From the NCBI GenBank assembly GCA_963728945.1, contig CAVSMA010000001.1, positions 837,572 to 901,571 of the forward strand: DNA of 64,000 bases. The letters run 5' to 3'. The position numbers and the translations under genes are program-made. The stretch comes from an uncultured Actinomycetota bacterium. GTDB lineage: Bacteria > Actinomycetota > Actinomycetes > Mycobacteriales > CADCTP01. The notes under the pieces are model-generated. The model worked only from the letters and a program-made list of their open reading frames with translations. It was not told the origin of the DNA and made no database searches. The stretch's first letter is position 1. Each line of letters opens with the position of its first letter. Below are positions 1-9,574 of this stretch, piece after piece.

Positions 1-354
1 ACCGGGCGGGACAAGACGAGCCTGGTCGCGTTCATCCGGGACGACCACACCGGCGCGCTGCTCGAGGTGCTGACCGAGTTCGCCGTCCGCGGGGTCAACC
101 TGACCCGGATCGAGTCGCGGCCGACCGGCGAGCTGCTGGGCCGCTACTGCTTCTCGGTCGACTGCGAGGGTCATCTCGCCGACGCCAGGGTCGGTGACGC
201 GCTGGCCGCGCTGCACCGGATCTGCGCCGACGTCCGCTACCTCGGCTCCTACCCGCGGGCCGGTGCGGCGCAGAACAAGCCGCTCCCGCCCGGCCGCGAC
301 GACACCGACTTCGCCGCTGCCGCCGACTGGGTCCGGTCCCTCGGCGGCGGGTGA
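1..354 (+). CDS. pheA: prephenate dehydratase, C-terminal ACT regulatory domain (5' part outside the window)
   Basis: Frame 1 is open from base 1. Translation TGRDKTSLVAFIRDDHTGALLEVLTEFAVRGVNLTRIESRPTGELLGRYCFSVD matches the PheA ACT-domain signature (GAL..L..F....NLT.IESRP). Stop at 352-354. Confidence 0.8.
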   Translation, partial: TGRDKTSLVAFIRDDHTGALLEVLTEFAVRGVNLTRIESRPTGELLGRYCFSVDCEGHLADARVGDALAALHRICADVRYLGSYPRAGAAQNKPLPPGRDDTDFAAAADWVRSLGGG

Positions 355-400
355 CGTCTTCCTGCAATACGGGGCCCGGGATGCGGGGAAGGGTGGAGTC

Positions 401-847
401 ATGTCGCACTACCCGCCGATCACCCCGCACCTGGCCATCGACGACGTCGCTGCCGCGCTCGAGTTCTATCCGCGCGCGTTCGGCGCGATCGAGCGGCTGC
501 GGCTGTCGCTTCCGGACGGGTCGATCGCGCACGCCGAGCTGGAGCTCAACGGCGCGCTGGTCACGCTCGGCGCGGCCATCAAGGAGTACGGGCTGGTCGC
601 GCCGGACAAGGACGGGCCGGTCCAGGTCGCGATCACGCTGTCCGTCGACGACGTCGACGCCGCGTACCGGAGAGCGATCGAGGCCGGCGCGACCAGCATG
701 TCCGAACCCGCCGACCAGTTCCACGGCGACCGCACCGCCGCGCTGCGCTGCCCGTTCGGGCACAAGTGGATCCTGCAGAAGCACCTGCGGGACGTCTCCC
801 CGGAAGAGGCCCAGCAGCTGCTCACCGAGATGATGTCGGGAGCATAG
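401..847 (+). CDS. VOC/glyoxalase-family protein (PhnB-like)
   Basis: Internal ATG at 401 of ORF 194..847. MSHYPPITPHLAIDDVAAALEFY...FHGDRTAALRCPFGHKWIL is typical of the VOC fold. The upstream part of the ORF is Arg/Pro-rich overlap with the pheA tail. Confidence 0.8.
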   Translation: MSHYPPITPHLAIDDVAAALEFYPRAFGAIERLRLSLPDGSIAHAELELNGALVTLGAAIKEYGLVAPDKDGPVQVAITLSVDDVDAAYRRAIEAGATSMSEPADQFHGDRTAALRCPFGHKWILQKHLRDVSPEEAQQLLTEMMSGA

Positions 848-1022
848 GCCGCCCGTCTCAGCCGTCGGCGGATGCGGACGGCGTCCAGGCGGCGTCCGGC
901 AAGGCGGAGGGGTCGGCCGATACCGGGGTTGTATCGGTCGATCCCCGACAACGCCGCCGGTCGTCGTTTGGGCGTCGGCCCGCGCCGCCAGATGGTTGGG
1001 AGGGGCGGCCTAGAGTCGCCAT

Positions 1023-1811
1023 GTGACCGAGTTGCCCGCGGTGGTGCTCAGGGCCGCCGCGGGCGACCGCCCGTTCCGGCTGGCCCGCCGTCCGGCGGCG
1101 AGCGAGCTGGCCCGGATCGTGGACCACTTCTGGTCGGTGGAGTGGTCCCTTCCTCCGGGCACGCACCACGACCAGGCCGTGGTTTCCCACCCGTGCGGCC
1201 ACCTCACCGTCGAGGACGACGGTTGCTGGCTGCACGGCGTGGTCACCCGGCGGTTCGAGGTCCGTCTGGAGGGATCCGGCCGGGCGGTCGGGGCGAACCT
1301 GCGGCCGGGAGCGATGAGTGCACTCACCGAGCCGCCGTTGGCCCGGCTCACCGACACCAGGCTGCCGCTGGCCGAGGTCATGCCGGGCGCGCCCGAGCCG
1401 GCCAAGGTCGCCGCGGCCGAGAGCCAGGCCGCCGGCATGGACGCCCTGGAGGACTGGTTCCGCCGGCTCGGCCCGTCCCGCCGCCGCGGCGCCGAGCTCG
1501 TCGACGAGGCGGTCGACCTCATCGTCGCCCGCACCGACCTGACCAGGGTGGACGTGCTGGCCGCCGAGCTCGGCGGGACCGTACGGACCCTGCAGCGCCG
1601 GTTCGACCGGCACCTCGGCGTCGGCCCCAAGTGGGTGCTGCGCCGTTGCCGTATCCAGGACGCGCTCGGGGTGATCGAGGACGGTGGCGAGGTGGACTGG
1701 GCCGCTCTCGCGATCGAGCTGGGGTTCGCCGACCAGTCCCACTTCACCAACGCGTTCACGGCGCTGGTCGGCAGCCCGCCTGGCGAGTACACGAAGCGGC
1801 CTCAGAGGTAG
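1023..1811 (+). CDS. AraC-family transcriptional regulator
   Basis: 262 aa with a GTG start. The C-terminal HTH has the AraC signature LAIELGFADQSHFTNAFTALVGSPPGEY. Confidence 0.85.
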   Translation: MTELPAVVLRAAAGDRPFRLARRPAASELARIVDHFWSVEWSLPPGTHHDQAVVSHPCGHLTVEDDGCWLHGVVTRRFEVRLEGSGRAVGANLRPGAMSALTEPPLARLTDTRLPLAEVMPGAPEPAKVAAAESQAAGMDALEDWFRRLGPSRRRGAELVDEAVDLIVARTDLTRVDVLAAELGGTVRTLQRRFDRHLGVGPKWVLRRCRIQDALGVIEDGGEVDWAALAIELGFADQSHFTNAFTALVGSPPGEYTKRPQR

Positions 1812-2140
1812 AGGCCGGTCGCCTCCTCGATCCGGGCCGCCGCGACCGCGTGCACGTCCCGCTCGCGGAGGATCAGGTAGAGCTGGCCCTGCACCTCGAC
1901 CTCACTCGGGTCGTCCGGGCTGAACAGCACGCGGTCACCGACCTCGATCACCCGCACGTGGTTGCCGACGGCGAGCACCTCGGCCCACACCAGCCTGGTG
2001 GCGGCGACCTGCGCAGTGGGCGGGATGAGGATGCCGCCGGTGGAGCGGCGCTCGCCGTCCTCGCCGGGGGTCCTGACCAGCACCCGGTCGTGCAGCATCC
2101 GGATCGGCAGCCGGCCCGAGCCGGACAGTGGTTCCGCCAC
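1802..2140 (-). CDS. GroES-family (Cpn10-like) protein, divergent paralog
   Basis: LPIRMLHDRVLVRT...STGGILIPPTA...AEVLAVG...VGDRVLF...YLILRERDVHAV aligns with the GroES pattern (IKPL.DRVLV...SGL.IP...G.V.AVG...GD.V.F). GTG 2140 was chosen so the conserved N-terminal strand is included. No clear SD, so the start is uncertain (alternative ATG 2098). Confidence 0.65.
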   Translation of the reverse strand: MAEPLSGSGRLPIRMLHDRVLVRTPGEDGERRSTGGILIPPTAQVAATRLVWAEVLAVGNHVRVIEVGDRVLFSPDDPSEVEVQGQLYLILRERDVHAVAAARIEEATGLYL

Positions 2141-2153
2141 GGAAGAAAGGTAG

Positions 2154-2501
2154 TCAACCCCAGCCCAACTCGTGCAGCCGGGCGTCGTCGATGCCGAAGT
2201 GGTGGGCGATCTCGTGCACGACGGTGACCGCGACCTCGTCGACCACGTCGTCCTCGGTCTCACAGATCGCCAGGATCGCCTGCCGGTAGAGGGTGATCCG
2301 GTCCGGCAGCAGGCCGCCGTAGTCGTGCCCGCGCTCGGTCAGCGCGACGCCTTCGTACAGACCGAGCAGGTCCGGGTCGTCCGGGTCGCGCTCCTCGACC
2401 AGCACGACCACGTTGTCCATCAGCCGGGTCAGCTGCTCGGGCACCTCGTCCAGGGCGTCGCCGACGAGCTCCTCGAACCGGCGCCTGGAGACCTCGACCA
2501 C
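2154..2501 (-). CDS. zinicin-like metallopeptidase-family protein (DUF1025-type)
   Basis: 115 aa with the acidic N-terminal half and C-terminal HEIAHHFG (HExxH) motif characteristic of this small actinobacterial family. Confidence 0.8.
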   Translation of the reverse strand: MVEVSRRRFEELVGDALDEVPEQLTRLMDNVVVLVEERDPDDPDLLGLYEGVALTERGHDYGGLLPDRITLYRQAILAICETEDDVVDEVAVTVVHEIAHHFGIDDARLHELGWG

Positions 2502-2574
2502 GGATCAAGAAAACCACGCGGAGCGGGGCGGGACCCCGGCGACTCGGGTCCCGCCCCGCTCCGGTGTGCGGAGG

Positions 2575-3882
2575 CTACTTCTTGAACGCTCCGACCGGCG
2601 TGAAGCGATGGTCGGCGAACACCGAGGCAGCGTTGCGCACGCCGAGCCAGGTGAGGCCCTCGGTCAGCACGTCGCGCAGGTCGTTGGTGCCCTTGGTCTC
2701 GTTGTCCGGACCGGACGTCCCGATGATCGGGTCGCCGCCGCGGACGCCGCCGGTGGAGCCGCCGCCGAGCACCATGACGCCCTGGGCGTGGCCGTGGTCG
2801 GTGCCCTGGCCGCCGTTCTCTCCGGCCGTCCGGCCGAACTCGGTGGTCGTCAGCAGCGACACGAACGGCCGCAGCTCGGCGCCGAGGTCCTGGAAGAACG
2901 CGTTGAGCGCCCCGGCCGCCTCGTTCGCGTGGTCGTGCAGCTGGCCCTTCGAGTTGGTGTGGGTGTCGAACCCGCCCATGTCGATGTTGACGAACCGGAG
3001 CCCGACCTTGGCCTTGATCAGCTGGGCCGCGGTCTTGAACGCCTGCGCCAGCCCGGTGTCCGGGTACGGCGAGGCGGGCTGGTATTCGCTCTTGCTCAGC
3101 GTGTTGATCGTCTTGATCGCGTTCAGCGTCTCCAGCGCGGTCGTCGCCACCGGGTCCTTGTATTGCGTGTAGAACTTCTGCAACGCCGTCGCCGACTTGG
3201 CCTTGACCTCGTCGCCGCCGTTGAGGCCGAACGACTCGATCCGGTCCAGGGTCAGCGCCGACGAGCCGGACAGCGACTTCGGCAGCGTGCCGCCGACCAT
3301 CACCGCGCTGAGCACGGCCGGGTTCGGCAGCAGCCGCAGCGCCCTGGCCGCCCAGCCGTCCGAGGAGGGCGTGTTCATCCCGCCCTCGAGCAGGTCCATG
3401 GCCTCGAAGTGGCTGTGCGTCCGGTCCTGCGAGTCGGCCGCCGGTACGTAGCCGAAGCCGGCCGCGCCGAGCGTCGTGCGCAGGTCCTTGAACTCGTTGA
3501 GCGCGGCGACGCCGCGCGAGAGCGGGAACGCGGTCTGCGCCGTCTCTGCGATCGTCGGCCGGAGCTGGGCGTACTTCGAGTTGCCCAGCAGCGGGAACCA
3601 GGTGTGCTGGTCGAGCCCGCCGCGGAAGCAGAGGTTGATCAGCACCCGCTGCGTCGGGGTGGCCGCCGGCGCGGCGAACGCGTAGCGGGCCATCAGCGGC
3701 TGCACGGCCAGCCCGGCCGCGAAGGCGGTCGAGCCCTGCAGCACCCTGCGCCGGGTGAAGCCCCGCTTGAACGGCTCGGCGAACGAGATGCTGTCGTCGC
3801 CGCATTCGCACCCGGAGTGCAGCCCTTGCGGCCTCTCCTCGTGCGGGATCGGTCCCTCGCCGAGGGACTGCTTCTTCGTCAT
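2575..3882 (-). CDS. DUF1501 domain protein (sulfatase-like fold), Tat-exported
   Basis: Start ATG 3882 inside the 689-aa track ORF. Twin-arginine signal FTRRRVLQGSTAFAAGLAV. Motifs MGGFDTH and GTDHGH are typical of DUF1501. Confidence 0.85.
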   Translation of the reverse strand: MTKKQSLGEGPIPHEERPQGLHSGCECGDDSISFAEPFKRGFTRRRVLQGSTAFAAGLAVQPLMARYAFAAPAATPTQRVLINLCFRGGLDQHTWFPLLGNSKYAQLRPTIAETAQTAFPLSRGVAALNEFKDLRTTLGAAGFGYVPAADSQDRTHSHFEAMDLLEGGMNTPSSDGWAARALRLLPNPAVLSAVMVGGTLPKSLSGSSALTLDRIESFGLNGGDEVKAKSATALQKFYTQYKDPVATTALETLNAIKTINTLSKSEYQPASPYPDTGLAQAFKTAAQLIKAKVGLRFVNIDMGGFDTHTNSKGQLHDHANEAAGALNAFFQDLGAELRPFVSLLTTTEFGRTAGENGGQGTDHGHAQGVMVLGGGSTGGVRGGDPIIGTSGPDNETKGTNDLRDVLTEGLTWLGVRNAASVFADHRFTPVGAFKK

Positions 3883-3896
3883 CGTGGCGGAGCCCC

Positions 3897-5768
3897 TCAG
3901 GTGTAGTTCAGGTGCGGCGCGGACAGGACCGTGCGTACGACCGTGGGAACGTCCTGCACCTGGCCGGCGGGCGTGGTCATCGGGCTGCCGATCGACTGGT
4001 GCACCGCCGTTACGAAGCCCGGCTGCAGCGCCTGCCCGGTCAGCTGCCGGCCCAGGTTGGCGACCAGCCCGGCCTGGTTGCCCGGCCGGCCGGCGAGCGT
4101 GACACCGTCCGGGACCGTGATGCCCTTCCAGAACCCGCCCGCGGTGACGGAGTTCTGGTTCCAGCGGTCGAGCATGCCCTTGCCGGACAGCCAGGCGGCC
4201 TGGAAGTCCGGCTGCCCGTCCGGGGTGCCGCGGCCGTGCGGGCCGCCGCCGGCCTGCTCGACCTGGTAGCGCAGGTCGCGGACGCCCTGGATGGTGCCCT
4301 GGCGCTCGGCGATCGCGTCCTTCCCGTTCGGGTCGAGCTGCGACTGGGTGGCCCGCAGCGTGGCGGCCAGGTATTCCCAGCCGGTCCGGTATTTCTGCCC
4401 GACCGACTTGCGGAAGTCCTCGGAGGCGAACAGCGCCCGCAGCATCGGCTTGATGTCCGTGCCGGCCTTGGTGAACTCGGCGGCGAGCGTGGCGATCAGC
4501 TGCGGCCGCGGGGTGTCGGACACGAAGTGCCGGGCGAACGCGGTCGCGACCGTCCTGGCCGTCGCCGGGTGGTGGGCCAGGTAGCTGATCAGACTGTTGA
4601 TGACCGCGACGCCCTGCTCCGGGTCGGTGTTCGGGTGCCGCCACGTCATCACCTTCAGCGGCCCGCGGTAGCGCATGTCCGGGTCGAACTTCATGATCAG
4701 CGTGTCCCGGTCGACCGTCAGCCCGGTCAGCGCGTACGCGGACTGCACGACGTCGAGCCGCCCGTCGTAGTTGGGCCGGCCCGTGATCGGGTCAAGCGCG
4801 CCGACGCTGAACAGCTCCAGCAGCTCGCGGCCGAGGTTCTCGTTGATCGCCGGCCGGCCGTCCTTCTGCTTCGCGTTGCCGTTGGACTCCGGCTGGTCCA
4901 GGTAGACCAGCATCGCCGGGTGGAAGATCATCGCCTTGAGCATGTCGCTGAACTTGCCGAAGGCGTGCTTGCGCACCACGTCCCGGTCGTATGCGGCGGT
5001 CAGCAGCCTGGTCTTGTCCCCGATCGGCACGTGCACGTACGCCGTCCAGACGTCGTGCACCTTCTCGAACAGCTGGTTGACGCTCCAGACGGTACGGATG
5101 ATCTTCATCTCGACCAGCTGGTCCTCGGTGGCCATGTAGTCGAGCTTCTGGTCGTCCGGCTTCTCGTCGTTGCCGTCGAAGAGCTGCTTGAGCTGGGTCG
5201 TGCTCATCTTCAGCAGCGGGTAGCGGTCGCTGACCGCGTCGACGACCGGGTCCGGCCGCACCGTCAGCTGCTTGTCCAGGTACGCGTCCCGGCCCGCGGC
5301 CTTGAGCTCGCGCAGCGCGGGTGCGCTGATCCCGTACGTCAGCCGGCGGGCCCAGTGCAGGTCCTGGTCGAGGGAGAGGATGGTCGGTCGCTGCAGCAGC
5401 GCCTGCGCGGCGACGCCGGGCGGCTTGGCCGACCGGTAGCCGGTCTTGTCGTACGCCTTGGCGCTCGCCTTGTCCGACGTGGGCGCCGTGATGCCGGCGA
5501 TGCCGGCGGCGAGACCGATCGGCTTCGCGGGTGGCCCTTCGGCCGCGCCGTCCGAGCCGGCGTCGTCACCGGCCTTGTTCGCCACCACCGAGACACCCGC
5601 GCTGCAGGCGGCCGCGGCCCCGGCGACGCCGAGCATGCCGAGCAGCTGGCGCCGGGTGACCGGGCTGTGCCCCGGCCTCCGATCGGCCTCCCGAACCGCG
5701 CCCTCGGTCCAGGGCTCGGGTCTCCACTCGTCGGGAGCGTCGTACGCGTCCCCGGAGTGCCTTCCCAT
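3897..5768 (-). CDS. DUF1800 domain protein
   Basis: Start ATG 5768 (MGRHSGDAY...). Signal/anchor TRRQLLGMLGVAGAAAA. Long helical protein with FHPAMLVYLD and ENLGRELLELFS-type DUF1800 motifs, sitting in the canonical DUF1800-DUF1501 pair. Confidence 0.8.
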   Translation of the reverse strand: MGRHSGDAYDAPDEWRPEPWTEGAVREADRRPGHSPVTRRQLLGMLGVAGAAAACSAGVSVVANKAGDDAGSDGAAEGPPAKPIGLAAGIAGITAPTSDKASAKAYDKTGYRSAKPPGVAAQALLQRPTILSLDQDLHWARRLTYGISAPALRELKAAGRDAYLDKQLTVRPDPVVDAVSDRYPLLKMSTTQLKQLFDGNDEKPDDQKLDYMATEDQLVEMKIIRTVWSVNQLFEKVHDVWTAYVHVPIGDKTRLLTAAYDRDVVRKHAFGKFSDMLKAMIFHPAMLVYLDQPESNGNAKQKDGRPAINENLGRELLELFSVGALDPITGRPNYDGRLDVVQSAYALTGLTVDRDTLIMKFDPDMRYRGPLKVMTWRHPNTDPEQGVAVINSLISYLAHHPATARTVATAFARHFVSDTPRPQLIATLAAEFTKAGTDIKPMLRALFASEDFRKSVGQKYRTGWEYLAATLRATQSQLDPNGKDAIAERQGTIQGVRDLRYQVEQAGGGPHGRGTPDGQPDFQAAWLSGKGMLDRWNQNSVTAGGFWKGITVPDGVTLAGRPGNQAGLVANLGRQLTGQALQPGFVTAVHQSIGSPMTTPAGQVQDVPTVVRTVLSAPHLNYT

Positions 5769-6050
5769 GCGACCACCTTCGTCCGCGCCCACACGCGGAT
5801 AGTCGTCGCTCCGACCCCCCGTGCGCCCACTCCGCCCGTCGGCGGAACAAACGTGGATCGACGAGACAACCATGACCTGACAGTGCTGCACCGTCAGCAC
5901 CGGGCGGGAGGGTTCCGAAGGTCACGACTCGCTGTCAACCCTTACCCGCAAGCCTTCACTCGTTTGGAGCACTTACTTGTCGATCTTGCTGACGCCGCGT
6001 GACGCCGGTGCAGCGCAACGCGCCTGACCTGCACCGGTACCCTGGCTGGG

Positions 6051-7319
6051 GTGATCGATCTGAGGCTGCTCCGGGCCGACCCGGATCGGGTCCGTGCCTC
6101 GCAGCGGATCCGCGGCGAGGACCCGGCGTTGGTGGACGACCTGCTGGCGGCGGACGAGCGGCGGCGCTCCGCCGTGTCCGCCGCCGACGCGTTGCGGGCC
6201 GAGCAGAAGACGATCTCCAAGCAGGTGCCGAAGGCCTCCGGCGAGCAGCGGGAGGAACTGCTGCGCCGGGCCAAGGGGCTGGCCGACGACGTCCGCGCCG
6301 CCGAGGCCGCGCTCGCCGCCGCCGACCAGGCGGTCCAGGCCGCGCACCGGGCCATCCCCAACGTCGTCGCGGACGGCGTGCCGGCCGGCGGCGAGGACGA
6401 CGCGGTCGTGCTGGAGCGGATCGGCACGGTGCCGGACTACCCGGAGCCGGTACGCGACCACGTCGAGATGGGCGAGCTGCTGCGCGCGATCGACATCGAG
6501 CGCGGGGCGAAGGTCTCGGGTGCCCGGTTCTACTTCCTCACCGGGGTCGGCGCCCAGCTCGAGCTGGCGCTGGTCAACCTCGCGATGGCGAAGGCGACCG
6601 AGCACGGGCTGACCCAGATGGTCGCGCCAGCACTGGTGAAGCCGGAGGCGATGGAGGGCACCGGCTTCCTCGGCGCGCACGCGGCCGAGGTCTACCGGGT
6701 GGACGCCGACGACCTCTATCTGGTCGGCACGTCGGAGGTCGCCCTGGCCGCATACCACACGGACGAGATCCTCGACCTGTCCGCCGGCCCGAAGCGCTAC
6801 GCGGGGTTCTCGCCGTGCTTCCGGCGCGAGGCCGGCTCGTACGGCAAGGACACCCGCGGCGTCTTCCGGGTGCACTGGTTCGACAAGGTCGAGATGTTCA
6901 CCTTCTGCCGCCCGGAGGAGGCCGAGGCCGAGCACCTGCGGCTGCTCGGCTGGGAGAAGGAGTTCCTCACCGCGCTCGAACTGCCGTTCCAGGTGGTCGA
7001 CATCGCGGCCGGCGACCTCGGCTCCAGCGCCGCCCGCAAGTACGACTGCGAGGCCTGGTTCCCGTCCCAGCAGCGCTACCGGGAGCTGACCTCGACCTCG
7101 AACTGCACGACCTTCCAGGCCCGCCGGCTCAACGTCCGCTACCGGGACGAGAACGGCAAGCCGCAGGTCGCGGCGACGCTCAACGGCACGCTGTGCGCGG
7201 TCACCCGGACCATCGCCTGCCTGCTCGAGGCGCACCAGCGGCCGGACGGCTCGGTCCGGGTGCCCGCGGCGCTGCGACCGTGGCTGGGAGGCCGGGAGGT
7301 GCTGGAGCCGGCCGGGTGA
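6051..7319 (+). CDS. serS: serine--tRNA ligase
   Basis: 422 aa. N-terminal coiled-coil arm ([12 protein letters not shown]...) and class II core ([36 protein letters not shown]). Confidence 0.95.
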   Translation: MIDLRLLRADPDRVRASQRIRGEDPALVDDLLAADERRRSAVSAADALRAEQKTISKQVPKASGEQREELLRRAKGLADDVRAAEAALAAADQAVQAAHRAIPNVVADGVPAGGEDDAVVLERIGTVPDYPEPVRDHVEMGELLRAIDIERGAKVSGARFYFLTGVGAQLELALVNLAMAKATEHGLTQMVAPALVKPEAMEGTGFLGAHAAEVYRVDADDLYLVGTSEVALAAYHTDEILDLSAGPKRYAGFSPCFRREAGSYGKDTRGVFRVHWFDKVEMFTFCRPEEAEAEHLRLLGWEKEFLTALELPFQVVDIAAGDLGSSAARKYDCEAWFPSQQRYRELTSTSNCTTFQARRLNVRYRDENGKPQVAATLNGTLCAVTRTIACLLEAHQRPDGSVRVPAALRPWLGGREVLEPAG

Positions 7320-8122
7320 GCGCCGCGCCCTACCGGCTGGCCGCGACCGACCTGGACGGCACGCTGATCCGCACCGACGGCACCGTCTCCCGGCGTACCT
7401 GCGAGGCGATGCGGGCCGCCGAGGCCGCCGGCATCGTGCTCGCGCTGGTCACCGGCCGGCCGCCGCGCTGGATGGCGCCGGTGGCGGAGGCGACCGGCCA
7501 CACCGGCATCGCCGTGTGCGCGAACGGTGCGCTGCTCTACGACCTGCACACCGAGACCGTCCTCGACGCCACCCTGATCGAGGCCGACACCCTGCGGAAG
7601 GTCGTCGCCCAACTGCGCGAGGTCGCGCCCGGCCTCACGTTCGCGGCCGAGTACGCGCCCGGATTCGGGCACGAGCCGGCATACCGGCATCACTGGGAGC
7701 TCGGCGACACCGACGTACGGGTCGGCCCGGCCGAGGAGATCCTCGACCGGCCGGCGGCCAAGCTGCTCGCCCGGCACCCGAGGATGGCCTGCGACGAGCT
7801 GCTCGCGCTGGCCGTCGAGGTGCTCGACGGCCAGGTCGCGGTCACCTCGTCGTCCAAGGAGGCGCTGCTGGAGATCTCCGCGCCCGGGGTGACGAAGGCG
7901 TCCGCGCTGGCCGGGCTGGCCACCCGGGCCGGGATCCCGGCGGCCGAGGTCGTCGCGTTCGGCGACATGCCCAACGACCTGCCGATGCTGGCCTGGGCCG
8001 GACGCGCGGTGGCGGTCGCGAACGCCCACCCCGAGGTGCTGGCGGTCGCCGACGAGGTCACCGCGAGCAACGACGAGGACGGAGTCGCCCTGGTGCTGGA
8101 GCGGCTGGCCGGGAGCAGGTGA
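7316..8122 (+). CDS. HAD-family hydrolase (Cof-type phosphatase)
   Basis: The GTG at 7316 overlaps the serS stop (GTGA). Motif I is TDLDGTL. LVTGRPP and C-terminal [11 protein letters not shown] are the HAD IIB motifs. Confidence 0.85.
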   Translation: MSAAPYRLAATDLDGTLIRTDGTVSRRTCEAMRAAEAAGIVLALVTGRPPRWMAPVAEATGHTGIAVCANGALLYDLHTETVLDATLIEADTLRKVVAQLREVAPGLTFAAEYAPGFGHEPAYRHHWELGDTDVRVGPAEEILDRPAAKLLARHPRMACDELLALAVEVLDGQVAVTSSSKEALLEISAPGVTKASALAGLATRAGIPAAEVVAFGDMPNDLPMLAWAGRAVAVANAHPEVLAVADEVTASNDEDGVALVLERLAGSR

Positions 8123-8145
8123 CCGGTCCGGCACGTTGTCGGGGC

Positions 8146-8853
8146 ATGCGACGCGCGGTGGTCGGCCTGGTGGCCCTGCTCGCGCTGACCGGCTGCACGG
8201 CGAGCGTCTCGGGCCGGGGCGCGATGGCCGCGCCGCAGCTGTGCCCGACCGCCGGGCAGGACGCGGCCAAGGTGGTGGCGTGCGTCGCGGACGACCTCAA
8301 CCGGTTCTGGCGGGCCAGGCTCGGCCGGTCGGTCGGGGTCGACGTCACCGTCGACCCGGCTCCGGCCAAGGTCGACAGGGCGTGCCGATCGTTCCTGGCA
8401 CTCGGCACGGCCTTCTACTGCCCGGCGGACTCCAGGGCCTACGTCACCGGCGCCTCGGTGGTGCGCACCAGAGCGGCGTTCGGCGACCGCCTTCCGTACG
8501 CGCTGGCCGTCGTCGTCGCGCACGAGGGCGGCCACCGGGTGCAGTACGTCGCCCGGCAGCCGGGCCTGGAGTTCACCGGCAACGCGGCCAGCCGGGTGGT
8601 CGAGCAGCAAGCGGACTGCCTCGCCGGTGTCTGGGCGCACGGGGCGGCCCGGCGCGGGCTGCTCGACCCGGCCGGCTTCCGGGCCGCGTACGCCGAGGAG
8701 ATGCGGCTGGTCAGCGAGCTGAAGCCGCCGGCGGGCTCAGGGCTGGGTGACTACGACGAGGTCGCCACGCACGGCACGCCCGCGCAGCGGGTGGCCGCGT
8801 TCGACCGCGGCGACAGCCCGACCGCCAACCCCTGCCGCCTGCGGGAGCCCTAG
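8146..8853 (+). CDS. putative neutral zinc metallopeptidase lipoprotein (YpfJ-like)
   Basis: ATG at 8146. Lipobox LLALTGC. HExxH as VVAHEGGHRVQY plus downstream EQQADCLAGVWA, as in the YpfJ/neutral zinc metallopeptidase family. Confidence 0.7.
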   Translation: MRRAVVGLVALLALTGCTASVSGRGAMAAPQLCPTAGQDAAKVVACVADDLNRFWRARLGRSVGVDVTVDPAPAKVDRACRSFLALGTAFYCPADSRAYVTGASVVRTRAAFGDRLPYALAVVVAHEGGHRVQYVARQPGLEFTGNAASRVVEQQADCLAGVWAHGAARRGLLDPAGFRAAYAEEMRLVSELKPPAGSGLGDYDEVATHGTPAQRVAAFDRGDSPTANPCRLREP

Positions 8854-9431
8854 AGATATTGCCCCGGGCCGCCCGGCTGCTGCGGTTGCTGCTGCTGGCC
8901 GCCGGGACCGAAGATCCCCGGCGGCTGCGGCCCCGGACCGCCCGGCAGCGCCCGCCGGCGCATCTCCTGCAACTGCGCCTGTGCCGCCATCTGCTGCGCG
9001 AACAGTGCGGTCTGGATGCCGTGGAACAGTCCCTCGAGCCAGCCGACCAGCTGTGCCTGCGCGATCCGCAGCTCGGCGTCGGTCGGGGTCGAGGTGTCCT
9101 CGAACGGCAAGGTCAGCCGGTCGAGCTCCTCGCGCAGCTCCGGGGACAGGCCGTCCTCCAGCTCCTTGATCGAGGTCTGGTGGATCTCCCGCAGCCGGGC
9201 GCGGCTGGCCTCGTCCAGCGGTGCGGCCCGCACCTCCTCCAGCAGCTGCTTGATCATCGTGCCGATCCGCATGACCTTCGCCGGCTGGGAGATCTGGCCG
9301 GTCGGGTCACCGCCCTCGTCGCCGTCGGTGTCGGCCACGACCTCCGCGGGCACCTCCATCTCGCCCATCGGCTGGCCGTCGGCGCCGACCACCACGACGC
9401 GGTGCTGTTGGGACTCGCTCATGCCTGCCAT
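8850..9431 (-). CDS. bpa: bacterial proteasome activator Bpa (PafE)
   Basis: QPAKVMRIGTMIKQLLEEVRAAPLDEASR...LRIAQAQLVGWLEGLFHGIQTALFAQQMAA and the C-terminal GQYL proteasome-docking motif closely match the M. tuberculosis Bpa sequence as I recall it. The start could be ATG 9422 (MSESQ). Confidence 0.93.
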   Translation of the reverse strand: MAGMSESQQHRVVVVGADGQPMGEMEVPAEVVADTDGDEGGDPTGQISQPAKVMRIGTMIKQLLEEVRAAPLDEASRARLREIHQTSIKELEDGLSPELREELDRLTLPFEDTSTPTDAELRIAQAQLVGWLEGLFHGIQTALFAQQMAAQAQLQEMRRRALPGGPGPQPPGIFGPGGQQQQPQQPGGPGQYL

Positions 9432-9574
9432 CCTTCCCCACTCCGCGCACTCGTGCTGCCGGGGCCTGCCCGCCCTGGGCCGCGGTCATGTCCGCCGCGG
9501 GCTGCTTGCTCGTCGTCCCGTCGCCCGACGAGGGGTCCGCCCACGTGATCGGCCGAACCTCGTAGGGTTGGGCC

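Noticed and set aside
2413-3906. 497-aa (+) ORF and the 460-aa (-) ORF 2429..3811 overlapping the DUF1501 gene
   Set aside because: Arg/Gly/Pro/Ala-dominated translations with no motifs. They lie antisense or off-frame to a gene with clear family signatures and are typical high-GC shadow ORFs.
3912-6002. 696-aa (+) ORF
   Set aside because: Antisense to the DUF1800 gene. The low-complexity R/G/P/V composition has no recognisable domain.
5973-7235. 420-aa (-) ORF, plus the N-terminal 439 codons of the 707-aa (+) ORF 5999..8122
   Set aside because: They overlap serS (antisense and off-frame). Only the last 268 codons of the + ORF, from GTG 7316, carry HAD motifs.
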